A stretch of DNA of 62,519 bases from an uncultured Erysipelotrichaceae bacterium (GCA_902797995.1 CADBUX010000003.1:1-62519); one strand, 5' to 3'; numbered from the stretch's first letter, positions 1 to 9,337 are shown. The notes: a model not told the origin generated them from the letters alone. Numbers and translations are program-made.

Positions 1-2
1 TA

Positions 3-272
3 ATGAAGGAAATATCAAATGATGCAGAAATATTAAAGAAGTTGAAAGAAGCTGGAATGGATACTAAAGAATCAAAGGTTAATATAGAAAATGCATTTAA
101 TGCTGCAACAAATGAACTATTTAAAATTGCTTCAAGTACACCAAGGTTAAAAATAAATGGTAACGAAATTAATATTGCAGATAAGCAAGTATATTTAGAG
201 TATAAAACACAATTGCTTGATAAACCAGAAACTATTGATGAAGAAACAGATGAAAGTCCTAGTGAAAACTAG
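3..272 (+). CDS. hypothetical protein (89 aa) with an acidic C-terminus
   Basis: ORF track. TAATG at 1-5 suggests coupling to a gene that ends at the window edge. The stop codon lies inside the 253-278 hairpin. No family recognised by eye. Confidence 0.4.
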   Translation: MKEISNDAEILKKLKEAGMDTKESKVNIENAFNAATNELFKIASSTPRLKINGNEINIADKQVYLEYKTQLLDKPETIDEETDESPSEN

Positions 273-278
273 GACTTT
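253..278. terminator. hairpin between convergent genes, possibly a bidirectional terminator
   Basis: Perfect 11-bp stem aaagtcctagt (253-263) / actaggacttt (268-278) with loop gaaa. It sits exactly between the stops of the + ORF (272) and the - ABC ATPase gene (278). The U-tract is weak. Confidence 0.45.
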
Positions 279-901
279 TAAGTATTAAAAAATATAGTCA
301 TGCTAATTCTGTATATAAGTTCTGCAATATCATGAGTTACCATAATAGCTGTTTTTTTCTCATTTGTTATTATTTTTTTTAGATCATCAGATAGGGTAAG
401 TCTAGTTTGATAATCTAAGGCTGAGAATGGTTCATCTAAAAGAAGTATATCAGGATTAAGTGCTAGAGTACGAATAAGTGCTACTCTTTGTTTTAAACCT
501 CCAGATAAGCTATTTGGATAACTATTTATAAAATCTTTTAATCCATATTTGTTAAGTAATTTAATTACATTTTGTTTAGTTTCTATATTTAATTCTTTTT
601 TTATTTCAAGTCCTAAACAGGCATTATCAAGTACAGTTTTCCAAGGAAAAAGCGAATCTTCTTGTAACATGTATCCAATTTTAGGATTATCTTTATTAAA
701 TGTAATAGTTCCAGATGATTTATCTATCATATTAGATAGAATACTAAGTATGGTAGATTTTCCACAACCTGAAGGCCCTACTATAGAGATAAATTCATCT
801 TTTTTTACTTTAAAACTTATATCTTTTAAAGCTAGCAATTCTCTATCTTTATCGTGGTATATTTTACTTAGATTTTGTATTTCTAGTAAATTATTCTTCA
901 T
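278..901 (-). CDS. ABC transporter ATP-binding protein (nitrate/sulfonate/taurine NitT/TauT-like), short at 207 aa
   Basis: Walker A GPSGCGKST, signature LSGGLKQR, Walker B LLLDEPFSALD, H-loop VTHD. The protein ends about 20 aa after the H-loop. Confidence 0.9.
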   Translation of the reverse strand: MKNNLLEIQNLSKIYHDKDRELLALKDISFKVKKDEFISIVGPSGCGKSTILSILSNMIDKSSGTITFNKDNPKIGYMLQEDSLFPWKTVLDNACLGLEIKKELNIETKQNVIKLLNKYGLKDFINSYPNSLSGGLKQRVALIRTLALNPDILLLDEPFSALDYQTRLTLSDDLKKIITNEKKTAIMVTHDIAELIYRISMTIFFNT

Positions 902-1874
902 AGATTAAATCTTTATAACTTACTTTTTTATCTAAGAATCCTGCTTTTATTACAATATCTTGTAAATGGTCAAATGATTCTTTTGTAAAGGTTGTCTCTT
1001 TTGGCCAAGTGTTATTCTTTTTATAACTTTCTACAGCATTTTTAATATCGTTATATGATGAATCTGGAAACTGATTCATGATTGTTTTTGCTATTGTACT
1101 GCTGTCGTTATTATTTACAAAATCAAGTCCTCTTTGAACTGCTTTTGTAAACTTTTCAATAGTATCTTTATTGTTGCTTATATAACTAGTTCTAGCATTA
1201 TAGGCAGTATATGGAACGTTATCTGTAAGGGTGCCTAACTGTGCAACTTTATAGCCGTATCCTTCATTTACTACCTGTGTTGCAAGTGGTTCAAAAAGGG
1301 CAACAAAATCCCCAGTTCCTCCGATAAAGGCTCCTGCCATTGAAGCAAACTGAATACTTGTATCAATTGTTAAATCTTTTTTGGGATCGATATTTTTTTC
1401 TTTTAAGATGTATTCTAATGTCATTTCTGGCATACCACCTTGGCGTCCTCCGATTACATATTTTCCTTTTAAGTCGTTAACAGTAAAATTTTTAATATTT
1501 TTTCTAGATATTAAGAATGATCCATCTTTTTGGGTAAGCTGTGCAAACGTTTTTATATAATCCTTTTCGCCTTTATTATAAACATAAATAGTAGCTTCAG
1601 AACCTGATAATCCAATATTAGCATCACCTGATAGGACTGCTGCCATTACATTATCAGCGCCACTTGTTAAAGTTAGTTCTATATCAAGTCCTTCGTCTTT
1701 AAAAAATCCTTTTTCTAATGCAACGTATTGTGGAGCATAGAAAACACTATGAGTCACTTCTGCAACTTTAACTTTTGTTAAATCATTGTTTTTATTACTG
1801 ATATTAAAACTATATATTATAAATAAAACTATAATTAGTACTAAAACAGTAATAATAGTAATTAATCGTTTCAT
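891..1874 (-). CDS. ABC transporter substrate-binding protein, NMT1/THI5-SsuA-like, with an N-terminal signal anchor
   Basis: N-terminal hydrophobic helix with no lipobox Cys. Periplasmic-binding-protein-like sequence (GLDIELTLTSGADN, GGRQGGMPE). Overlaps the ATPase gene by 11 nt. Confidence 0.8.
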   Translation of the reverse strand: MKRLITIITVLVLIIVLFIIYSFNISNKNNDLTKVKVAEVTHSVFYAPQYVALEKGFFKDEGLDIELTLTSGADNVMAAVLSGDANIGLSGSEATIYVYNKGEKDYIKTFAQLTQKDGSFLISRKNIKNFTVNDLKGKYVIGGRQGGMPEMTLEYILKEKNIDPKKDLTIDTSIQFASMAGAFIGGTGDFVALFEPLATQVVNEGYGYKVAQLGTLTDNVPYTAYNARTSYISNNKDTIEKFTKAVQRGLDFVNNNDSSTIAKTIMNQFPDSSYNDIKNAVESYKKNNTWPKETTFTKESFDHLQDIVIKAGFLDKKVSYKDLIYEE

Positions 1875-2004
1875 ATTTTTTCCTCCTTTAGTTACAATTT
1901 ATTATATTCTTACTAATAACAAAAGGTACTAGACAAAATAATGTATTAAATTGCTAAGATGTGTTATAATTAATATGTATTATTTTTAAGAAGGTAGGTT
2001 TTTT

Positions 2005-2883
2005 ATGAAAAAATTTGGAGATCGTAAAGATGCAAGAAAACTGTCAAAAAAAGAAATGACTGGGATGGCTTATATTAATTGTGATTTAAAAAAGAAAAGA
2101 GCTTATAGGGAAGTTTTTATGAATATGCCTATGGATGTTACGGAAATGATTAAATATGTTAATAAGATAAATAGTTCTAAAAAAGATATTCATATTACAT
2201 ATTTTCATGTTTTTTGTACTGCAATTGCAAAGACTATTTATAATTATCCTAATCTTAATATATTTTCAATGAATGGTAATTTTTATATGAGAAATGATGT
2301 GATTCTTTCTTTTGTTGCTAAAAAGGATTTTACTGATGAAGCTAAAGAAGTTATGCAAATGTTAAAAGTAAAAGACGATGATAATATTTTTACTCTTAGC
2401 AAGAGAATAAGTGGAGGTGTTAAAAAGGCTAGAACAGATGGTGGCTCTGATAGTGGTGGAGATGATCTTGTTAATGCTGTTGGTCATATGCCAAAGCTTT
2501 TAAGAAGACCAATCGTGGGAATTTTTAAATTTTTAGATAGACATGATCTTTTACCAACTTCACTTACTAGCGAGATACTATATTATAGTAGTGTAATTTT
2601 ATCTAATATAGGAACTCTTAATAGTAAAAGAGGTATATATCATGATTTGACTGATTTTGGTACTAATTCAATTCTTGCTACTATGGGAAAAGTTTATAAA
2701 CAAGAAATAATTACTGATGATGGAAAAAAAGAAATAAGGGATTTTTGTGATTTTGGACTAACACTTGATGAAGGTATTGGGGATGGATACTATTTTATTA
2801 AAGCAGTTAATTTTTTAGAATATCTTTTAAAAAATCCTAAACTTTTAGAGGGACCTGCAAATGAAAAAATTGAAGTTAAATAA
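2005..2883 (+). CDS. 2-oxoacid dehydrogenase E2 / CAT-fold acyltransferase catalytic-domain-like protein
   Basis: Size and C-terminal block LTLDEGIGDGYYFIKAV resemble the E2 catalytic motif DHRxxDG. By eye the His position is occupied by Glu. Overlaps the next gene by 23 nt. Confidence 0.55.
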   Translation: MKKFGDRKDARKLSKKEMTGMAYINCDLKKKRAYREVFMNMPMDVTEMIKYVNKINSSKKDIHITYFHVFCTAIAKTIYNYPNLNIFSMNGNFYMRNDVILSFVAKKDFTDEAKEVMQMLKVKDDDNIFTLSKRISGGVKKARTDGGSDSGGDDLVNAVGHMPKLLRRPIVGIFKFLDRHDLLPTSLTSEILYYSSVILSNIGTLNSKRGIYHDLTDFGTNSILATMGKVYKQEIITDDGKKEIRDFCDFGLTLDEGIGDGYYFIKAVNFLEYLLKNPKLLEGPANEKIEVK

Positions 2884-4633
2884 AGAAGAATATCCATGGT
2901 ATAAGTTTTATGGAGATGTTCCTAAACATATAGATTATCCAGATGGCTCAATGGTTGATGCTGTTATGGAAACAGCTTTTAAGTATCCAGATAATTATGC
3001 ACTTGAGTATTACAATAATAGAATAACTTATAGACAGTTTTCAGATGAGATAATTGAGTGTGCTAAAGCATTAAAAGCTATTGGAGTTTGTGAAGGGGAC
3101 GTAGTTAGTATTTGTATGCCTAATACAATATCTGCACTTATTATGTTTTATGCGGTTAATATGGTAGGTGCTATTTCTAATATGATTCATCCACTTTCTA
3201 GTGAAAAAGAAATAGAAATGTTTCTTAATAAGACTAAGTCTAAAGTCATACTTACTATTGATATCAATTATAAAAAAGTAATTAATATAATAAATAATAC
3301 TTATGTAACAAAGGTAATTATATCTTCTGCAGGAGATGATTTAAAAGGTTTTAAAATGTTTATGTATAGTATTTTTAATACTGATGTTACTAAGGCAGTT
3401 AAAAAAATAAAACAAGTATTTTTAAAGGCTTTTAAGAATAGGGAAGTTATTTCTTATAAAAAGTTTATTAAAAAAGGACATTTGTATTATGAAGATTATA
3501 GCGTTATTAGAAAAGCAAGTGACGATGCAGTAATTCTTTATAGTGGTGGTACCAGTGGTACTCCAAAAGGAATAATGCTTACTAATCTTAATTTTAATGC
3601 TTTAGCATATGGGGCTCATTATATGTGTGATCCTTCGAAAGAAGGCGATTCAATACTTTCTATAATGCCAATATTTCATGGTTTTGGTCTTGGGGTTTGT
3701 ATTCATACATGTCTTCATATTGGTATGAAATGTATACTTGTTCCTACTTTTAAAGCAAAGAAGCTAATTAATTTGATTAGAAAAACCAGACCTAACTTTT
3801 TTGTAGGTGTTCCAACTTTATTTGAGGCTTTGTACAATAGTCCTAATTTAAAGGAAGGAGATTTTTCTTCAATAAACTGTATAGTTTCTGGTGGGGATAT
3901 ATTAGATGAAGAAAATTATATTAGATATAATGAAATGTTTGAAAAATATGGCTCTAAAGCAAAAGTGAGAGTAGGATATGGTCTTACTGAAGCATGTGCT
4001 GCAACGTGTTTATCTCCTACAAATATGCATAGAGATGGCTCTATTGGTATACCTTTTCCAGATAATATATATAAGATTGTTAAAATAGGTACTACTAAAG
4101 AAGTTAAACTTATGGAAGATGGGGAAATATGTATATGTGGTCCTTCAGTTATGAAAGGTTATTTGAATGAAGAAGAAGAAACTTTAAATTCTTTGAAAAA
4201 ACATAGTGATGGGAAGATTTGGCTTCATACTGGTGATATAGGATGTATGGATAAAGACGGATTTTTATATTTTAAATCTCGTTTAAAGAGGATTATTATC
4301 TCTTCAGGTTATAATATATATCCATCATATATTGAATCAGTTATTAATAAACATGAATATGTTTCTAATTCTACAGTAGTTGGAGTTCCTGATAAATATC
4401 GTGGTCAAATTGCTAAAGCTTTTATAGTTTTAAAAAAGGAAGTTAAACTTACTGATGAAGTTGAAAAAGAAATAAAAGAGTACTGTTCTAAACATATTGC
4501 AAAATATTCTATGCCTCGGATTTTTGAATTTAGAAAAGAACTTCCTAAAACTTTAGTAGGTAAGGTTGCTTATACTGTATTAGAAAAGGAAGAAGAATTG
4601 AGAGAAAAGGTTATTGAAAGTAAAGACAAATAA
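2861..4633 (+). CDS. AMP-dependent synthetase/ligase (long-chain acyl-CoA synthetase-like)
   Basis: AMP-binding motif YSGGTSGTPKGIMLT, GYGLTE, TGD...DGFLYFKSRLKRII, and the C-terminal lysine region KTLVGKV. Confidence 0.9.
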   Translation: MKKLKLNKEEYPWYKFYGDVPKHIDYPDGSMVDAVMETAFKYPDNYALEYYNNRITYRQFSDEIIECAKALKAIGVCEGDVVSICMPNTISALIMFYAVNMVGAISNMIHPLSSEKEIEMFLNKTKSKVILTIDINYKKVINIINNTYVTKVIISSAGDDLKGFKMFMYSIFNTDVTKAVKKIKQVFLKAFKNREVISYKKFIKKGHLYYEDYSVIRKASDDAVILYSGGTSGTPKGIMLTNLNFNALAYGAHYMCDPSKEGDSILSIMPIFHGFGLGVCIHTCLHIGMKCILVPTFKAKKLINLIRKTRPNFFVGVPTLFEALYNSPNLKEGDFSSINCIVSGGDILDEENYIRYNEMFEKYGSKAKVRVGYGLTEACAATCLSPTNMHRDGSIGIPFPDNIYKIVKIGTTKEVKLMEDGEICICGPSVMKGYLNEEEETLNSLKKHSDGKIWLHTGDIGCMDKDGFLYFKSRLKRIIISSGYNIYPSYIESVINKHEYVSNSTVVGVPDKYRGQIAKAFIVLKKEVKLTDEVEKEIKEYCSKHIAKYSMPRIFEFRKELPKTLVGKVAYTVLEKEEELREKVIESKDK

Positions 4634-4675
4634 AAATATAGTTTTTTAAAAAGTCTTTGCTTTTTATATGTTTTA

Positions 4676-4684
4676 TGATATAAT
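4676..4684 (+). promoter_or_regulatory. extended -10 element (TGaTATAAT) upstream of rimP-nusA
   Basis: tgatataat at 4676-4684. There is a weak -35-like tttgct about 17 nt upstream. Confidence 0.4.
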
Positions 4685-4696
4685 TTAGATACAACG

Positions 4697-4727
4697 AAGT
4701 GGGAAATTCCCACTTTTGTTTCGTTTT
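4697..4727 (+). terminator. intrinsic-terminator-like hairpin. It is either the terminator of the ligase gene or a leader attenuator of the rimP-nusA operon.
   Basis: Stem aagtggga (4697-4704) / tcccactt (4708-4715), loop aat, then ttgtttcgtttt. It lies downstream of the TGnTATAAT element and 13 nt upstream of the rimP start. Confidence 0.5.
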
Positions 4728-4739
4728 GAAGGAGGAGTT

Positions 4740-4976
4740 ATGGAAGAAAAAGTAAAAAGAGTTATATCTCTACCTTTAAAAGAACTTAATATGGTAGTAG
4801 ATAGTGTAAGTTTTGAAAAAGGTAATTTAAACATAGTATTAGATAGTGATGAAGTTATTAATTTAGATAAAATAGTAGAAGCTAGTCACTTAATTAATGA
4901 TATTTTAGATAAAGAAGATTTTATTAAAGAATCTTATACACTTGATATATCAAGTAAAGAAAAAGGAGGTAATTAA
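4740..4976 (+). CDS. rimP: ribosome maturation factor RimP, N-terminal domain only (78 aa)
   Basis: Position immediately 5' of nusA. GAAGGAGG SD sits 5-12 nt upstream of ATG 4740. The end YTLDISSKEKG resembles the RimP Y.LEVSSPG block. About half the usual length. Confidence 0.65.
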   Translation: MEEKVKRVISLPLKELNMVVDSVSFEKGNLNIVLDSDEVINLDKIVEASHLINDILDKEDFIKESYTLDISSKEKGGN

Positions 4977-4977
4977 A

Positions 4978-6048
4978 ATGAATGGACAAGAGTTTTTAAA
5001 TGCTGTTGATCTTTTAGAGAAAGAAAAACATATTGATCGTGATATTATTTTTGAAGCTATGGAACTTGCACTACTTTCTGCTTACAAGAAGAATTTTAAT
5101 TCTTTAACAAATGCTAAGGTTAGTATAAATAGAGATACTGGTGATATAAAAATATATTCTTATAAAACAGTAGTGGAAGAAGTAGAAAATGATGATACTG
5201 AAATATCTTTAGAGGATGCTAAAAAGATTAATAAAACATTAGAACTTGGTGATACAATAGATGAAGAAGTAACTCCAGATAACTTTGGTAGAGTTGCTGC
5301 AAGTACTGCAAAACAAGTTGTTGTTCAAAAGATAAGAGAAGCTGAAAGAAATAGTTTAATAGAAGAATTTCAAGATAAAGAAGGAGAACTTGTTTCTGGT
5401 GTTGTTGCTCTTGAAGATGAAAATAATTATTATATAGATCTTGGTAGAACAAATGGGATTTTACCTAAGAGTGAACTTATTGGTGATGAAAAAATTGAAA
5501 TGGGTTCTACTATAAAGGTATATGTAACAAAAGTAAATTCTAATTCAAAAGGAACAATTATTCTTTTATCAAGAAGTCATTATAACTTTGTAAAAAGATT
5601 ATTTGAACTTGAAATACCAGAACTGGCAGATGGCTCTGTGTATATTTATGGTGTTGCAAGGGATCCTGGTTCAAGAAGTAAAGTAGCTGTTTATTCTGAA
5701 TATGCTAATATTGATCCAATTGGATGTTGTATTGGTGAAAGAGGTTCTAGAATATCTAATATAATAAAAGAACTTTCTGGTGAAAAATTAGATATTATTA
5801 AGTATTCAGAAGATAAAGAAGAATTTATTAAGAATGCTTTAAATCCTGCGAAAAATGTATCTGTATTTATACTTGATCCTAAAAAAAGTGAAGCACTTGC
5901 TATTGCAGATGGTGACGATTTTTCTTTAGCTCTTGGTAAGAAAGGTCAAAATGTTCGCTTAGCTTCACGTCTTACTAAATATAAAATTGATGTAAAAAAT
6001 AGTGAACAAGTAAAAGAAATGGGTATTAATATAAGAGTAGGTGAATAG
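4978..6048 (+). CDS. nusA: transcription termination/antitermination factor NusA
   Basis: N-terminal block FLNAVDLLEKEKHIDRDIIFEAMELALLSAYKK, an S1 domain, and KH domains (GERGSRISNI, GKKGQNVRLAS). GGAGG SD before ATG 4978. Confidence 0.95.
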   Translation: MNGQEFLNAVDLLEKEKHIDRDIIFEAMELALLSAYKKNFNSLTNAKVSINRDTGDIKIYSYKTVVEEVENDDTEISLEDAKKINKTLELGDTIDEEVTPDNFGRVAASTAKQVVVQKIREAERNSLIEEFQDKEGELVSGVVALEDENNYYIDLGRTNGILPKSELIGDEKIEMGSTIKVYVTKVNSNSKGTIILLSRSHYNFVKRLFELEIPELADGSVYIYGVARDPGSRSKVAVYSEYANIDPIGCCIGERGSRISNIIKELSGEKLDIIKYSEDKEEFIKNALNPAKNVSVFILDPKKSEALAIADGDDFSLALGKKGQNVRLASRLTKYKIDVKNSEQVKEMGINIRVGE

Positions 6049-6049
6049 T

Positions 6050-6310
6050 ATGAAAGCTAAAAAGATTCCTATGAGGACATGTGTAGTTTCTCACGAAAAA
6101 TATCCTAAAAAGGAACTTATTAGAGTAGTAAGAACTCCAGAGGGTGATGTAGTTGTTGATGATACTGGTAAACAAAATGGTAGGGGCGCTTACTTAAAAA
6201 AGGATATGGAAATAATAGAAAAAGCTAGAAATAATAAAATACTTGAAAGACATTTAGAGGTAAATATTGATAACAGTGTATATGATGAATTATTAAATTA
6301 CTGTGATTAA
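6050..6310 (+). CDS. ylxR: YlxR/RnpM family RNA-binding protein (DUF448)
   Basis: MRTCV...GRGAYL motif typical of DUF448. Conserved position between nusA and infB. Confidence 0.85.
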   Translation: MKAKKIPMRTCVVSHEKYPKKELIRVVRTPEGDVVVDDTGKQNGRGAYLKKDMEIIEKARNNKILERHLEVNIDNSVYDELLNYCD

Positions 6311-6345
6311 CTACTTAAAAAACATTAAGAAAGTGGTGATAAGAT

Positions 6346-8472
6346 ATGATGAATGTAAAAGAATATGCAGTTGATGTAGATAAAAGTGTGGAAGAAGTCT
6401 TAGAACTATGTAAAAAACTTGGTATAAGTGCTTCTTTAGAAGATGATATGTTAAGTGAAGATGATATAATACTTCTTGATAATGAACTTCCTACTGAGGA
6501 TACTGAAAACGAATCATCTTTGGAAGAAGAAAACGACTATGATGATGAAGTTGTTGATGATGATGAACTTGAAAAGGATTTAAGAATTGAAGTAGTTCAA
6601 GATAAGTCTACTCAAAAGATGAAGAAGAAAACTGTATCTAATAAAAAAGATAATAAGGAATATTTAAAAGCAAAGAAAAAACTGTATAAACATAAAGAAA
6701 AACTACAAACTAATGAAGAAAAAGATGAAAAAGTTGTACTTTATAAAGAAGGTATGACTGTAAAAGAACTTGCAGATGCTCTTGGGGAAGCTCCTGCTAC
6801 TTTAATCAAGAAATTATTTGATTTAGGTGCTCTTACTAATTTAAATCAAAGTATAGATTTTAGTACTGCAGAACTTTTGGTAGTAGACTATGGAAAAGAA
6901 CTTGTTAAAGAGGAAACTCGTGATATAGCAAACTTCGAAGAATACGAGATTATTGATAATGCGGAAGATTTAGTATCTCGTCCTCCAGTAGTTACTATAA
7001 TGGGACATGTTGATCACGGAAAGACTTCACTTCTTGATGCTATTAGAAAGGCTAATGTAGTAAGTGGTGAAGCTGGTGGAATTACGCAACATATTGGTGC
7101 ATACCAAGTTGAAGTTAATGATAGATTAATTACATTTATAGATACACCAGGTCATGCTGCTTTTACTGAAATGAGAGCGCGTGGTGCATCAGTAACTGAT
7201 ATTGTAATAATTATTGTGTCAGCAGAAGATGGAGTAAAACCCCAAACAGTTGAAGCAATAGATCATGCTAAGGCTGCTAAAGTTCCAATTATTGTAGCTA
7301 TTAATAAAATAGATTTACCAAATGCTAATCCTGAAAGAGTTTTAACAGAACTTAGTGAGGCTGGTCTTACTCCCGAAGAGTGGGGAGGAGATACTTTAGT
7401 AAATAAGATTTCTGCAAAAACTAAGGAAGGTATTCCAGAACTACTTGATAACATATTACTTGTTGCGGATATGGAAGAATTAAAAGCAAATCCAAATAGA
7501 TATGCAACAGGATCTGTTATAGAAGCAAGACTTGATAAAAATATTGGTAGTGTTGCTACAGTTTTAATTCAAAATGGAACACTTCGTCTTGGAGATCCAG
7601 TAGTTGTAGGTACTAATTATGGAAAGGTTCGTACTTTAAAAAATGATAAAGGAGAAAATATAGCTACTGCTAAACCTAGTACTCCTGTAGAAATTACAGG
7701 ACTAACAGACCCACCAGTTGCAGGTGATCGTTTTATGGCATTTGAAACTGAAAAGGAAGCAAGAAAAGTATCAGAAGAAAGAAAACTACGCGCTAGCCAG
7801 TCTAATACAAATCGTTCTGGTATGACTCTTGAAGATTTATTTAGTAAAGTAAAAGATGGTGCTAAAACTATAAGTGTTGTATTAAAAACTGATGTTAAGG
7901 GTAGTGAAGAGGCTATTAAACAATCTCTTTCTAAGATTGAATCACATGGAGTTAGAGTTGACGTTATAAGAAGTGGTGTAGGTACTATTACTGAAAGTGA
8001 TGTGATTTTAGCTAATGCCTCAGATGCAATTGTAATTGGTTTTAATGTAAGACCAAATAGTAAAACAGTAGACTTAGCTAAAGAATACGGAGTAGATATA
8101 AGACTACATAACGTTATATATAAAATAATTGAGGAACTTGAAGATGCAATACTTGGTATGTTAGATCCTGAATATGAAGAAAAAGTTTTAGGTAGTGCAG
8201 AAGTAAGACAATTATTTAAATTCTCAAAAGTTGGTACAATTGCAGGATGCTTTGTAGCAGATGGAGTTATTAAAATTAATGATAAAGCTAGAGTAGTACG
8301 TGATGGAATAGTTATTTATGATGGAAATATTGGATCAATTCAAAGAGGAAAAGATAAAGCTAATGAAGTTAAAAAAGGTATTGAATGTGGTATAACTATA
8401 GAAAACTTTAATGATATCAAGGAAGGAGATATAATTGAAGCTTATACTATGGAAGAGGTTAAAAGAAAATGA
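6346..8472 (+). CDS. infB: translation initiation factor IF-2
   Basis: GTPase motifs GHVDHGKTS, DTPGH, NKID. Acidic/basic N-terminal region. Full-length IF-2 architecture. Confidence 0.97.
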   Translation: MMNVKEYAVDVDKSVEEVLELCKKLGISASLEDDMLSEDDIILLDNELPTEDTENESSLEEENDYDDEVVDDDELEKDLRIEVVQDKSTQKMKKKTVSNKKDNKEYLKAKKKLYKHKEKLQTNEEKDEKVVLYKEGMTVKELADALGEAPATLIKKLFDLGALTNLNQSIDFSTAELLVVDYGKELVKEETRDIANFEEYEIIDNAEDLVSRPPVVTIMGHVDHGKTSLLDAIRKANVVSGEAGGITQHIGAYQVEVNDRLITFIDTPGHAAFTEMRARGASVTDIVIIIVSAEDGVKPQTVEAIDHAKAAKVPIIVAINKIDLPNANPERVLTELSEAGLTPEEWGGDTLVNKISAKTKEGIPELLDNILLVADMEELKANPNRYATGSVIEARLDKNIGSVATVLIQNGTLRLGDPVVVGTNYGKVRTLKNDKGENIATAKPSTPVEITGLTDPPVAGDRFMAFETEKEARKVSEERKLRASQSNTNRSGMTLEDLFSKVKDGAKTISVVLKTDVKGSEEAIKQSLSKIESHGVRVDVIRSGVGTITESDVILANASDAIVIGFNVRPNSKTVDLAKEYGVDIRLHNVIYKIIEELEDAILGMLDPEYEEKVLGSAEVRQLFKFSKVGTIAGCFVADGVIKINDKARVVRDGIVIYDGNIGSIQRGKDKANEVKKGIECGITIENFNDIKEGDIIEAYTMEEVKRK

Positions 8473-8816
8473 GTTTAAAAACACAAAAACTAGGTAGTTT
8501 ATTTACTCGTGAAATAAGTAGAATAATACTTGAAGATGTAAAGAATCCTAAAGTTAAATTTGTAACAATAACAGGTTGTGATATAACAAATGATTTGTCT
8601 TTCGCTAAAGTTTCATTTCTTACTTTAAATAGAGAAGATAAAGAAGAAGTAGAAAAAGCATTAAATAGTGCTGCTAACTTTATAGAAATATCTTTATCTA
8701 AATCTATTGATATTAGAAAAATGCCACAGATAAGTTTTCATTATGATACTTCTGTAGAATACGGAGAAAATATAGAAAAAAAGATTCAAGAATTAAAAGA
8801 TGATAAAAAAATGTAA
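8469..8816 (+). CDS. rbfA: ribosome-binding factor A
   Basis: ATGA overlap with the infB stop. The size and the IRKMPQISFHYD block are typical of RbfA. Confidence 0.9.
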   Translation: MSLKTQKLGSLFTREISRIILEDVKNPKVKFVTITGCDITNDLSFAKVSFLTLNREDKEEVEKALNSAANFIEISLSKSIDIRKMPQISFHYDTSVEYGENIEKKIQELKDDKKM

Positions 8817-8845
8817 AGATTAATAATAGTCTTTACATTTTATTT
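8812..8845. terminator. intrinsic terminator after rbfA, between convergent genes
   Basis: Stem tgtaaaga (8812-8819) / tctttaca (8830-8837) followed by ttttattttt. Confidence 0.6.
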
Positions 8846-8851
8846 TTCTAT

Positions 8852-9223
8852 TTATTTCATAATATTTTTATAAACTTCTTCTATGTTTTCTTTACCTTCT
8901 TTTTCTTCATCATAATATGGTATTAGATGTAAATGATAGTGTTTTACTTCTTGAAGCTTTCCATTATTTTGAACTAATTGTATTGAATTAGGACTTAGTT
9001 TTTCTTTTAGTTTTATGTATAACTCTTTTCCTACTTTATTTATATGATTTAATGTTTCTAAGTCTATTTCTTCATAGTCTAATATATGGTTTTTAGGTAC
9101 TATTAGAGTGTGTCCGTAAGACATTGGATTTACATCTAAAAATGCTAATACTTTATCGTCTTCATATATTTTGTATGAAGGTATTTCGTTGTTTATTATT
9201 TTACAGAATATACAATCATTCAT
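8852..9223 (-). CDS. HIT family (histidine triad) nucleotide hydrolase
   Basis: CIFCKI N-terminus and histidine triad HYHLHLIP. Confidence 0.9.
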   Translation of the reverse strand: MNDCIFCKIINNEIPSYKIYEDDKVLAFLDVNPMSYGHTLIVPKNHILDYEEIDLETLNHINKVGKELYIKLKEKLSPNSIQLVQNNGKLQEVKHYHLHLIPYYDEEKEGKENIEEVYKNIMK

Positions 9224-9337
9224 ATTATTTCACCTCTTATATATTATACAATAATTTTATTAATAATTAAATGATTAATTCTTATTTACTTTTCTATATT
9301 TGCTTATCATTCTTTGTTTTGTTATAATTATTGTTAG

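Noticed and set aside
278-340. The short C-terminus of the ABC ATPase, considered as a frameshift or pseudogene.
   Set aside because: The reading frame ends at a TAA that directly abuts a perfect 11-bp hairpin. I saw no extended continuation in another frame, so it looks like a natural short end rather than a recent disruption.
549-908. ORFs of 60-126 aa lying antisense to clearly assigned genes. In the track these are 549..908, 5228..5452, 7263..7454, 10129..10410, 10656..10844, 13415..13651, 21327..21650, 22374..22556, 26653..26964, 29398..29601, 30173..30388, 34623..34823, 37099..37317, 48441..48782, 51060..51317, 51304..51684, 56671..56865 and 61748..61954.
   Set aside because: Each is fully embedded opposite a gene with strong family motifs. 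They lack SD sequences and have Leu/Ser/Phe-rich compositions typical of antisense frames in AT-rich DNA.
1875-2004. A TPP (THI-box) riboswitch, expected upstream of an NMT1/THI5-like binding protein gene.
   Set aside because: Reading the minus strand of this interval, I found neither the conserved CUGAGA core nor the ACCUGA/pyrophosphate-helix elements. Only promoter-like AT-rich sequence is present.
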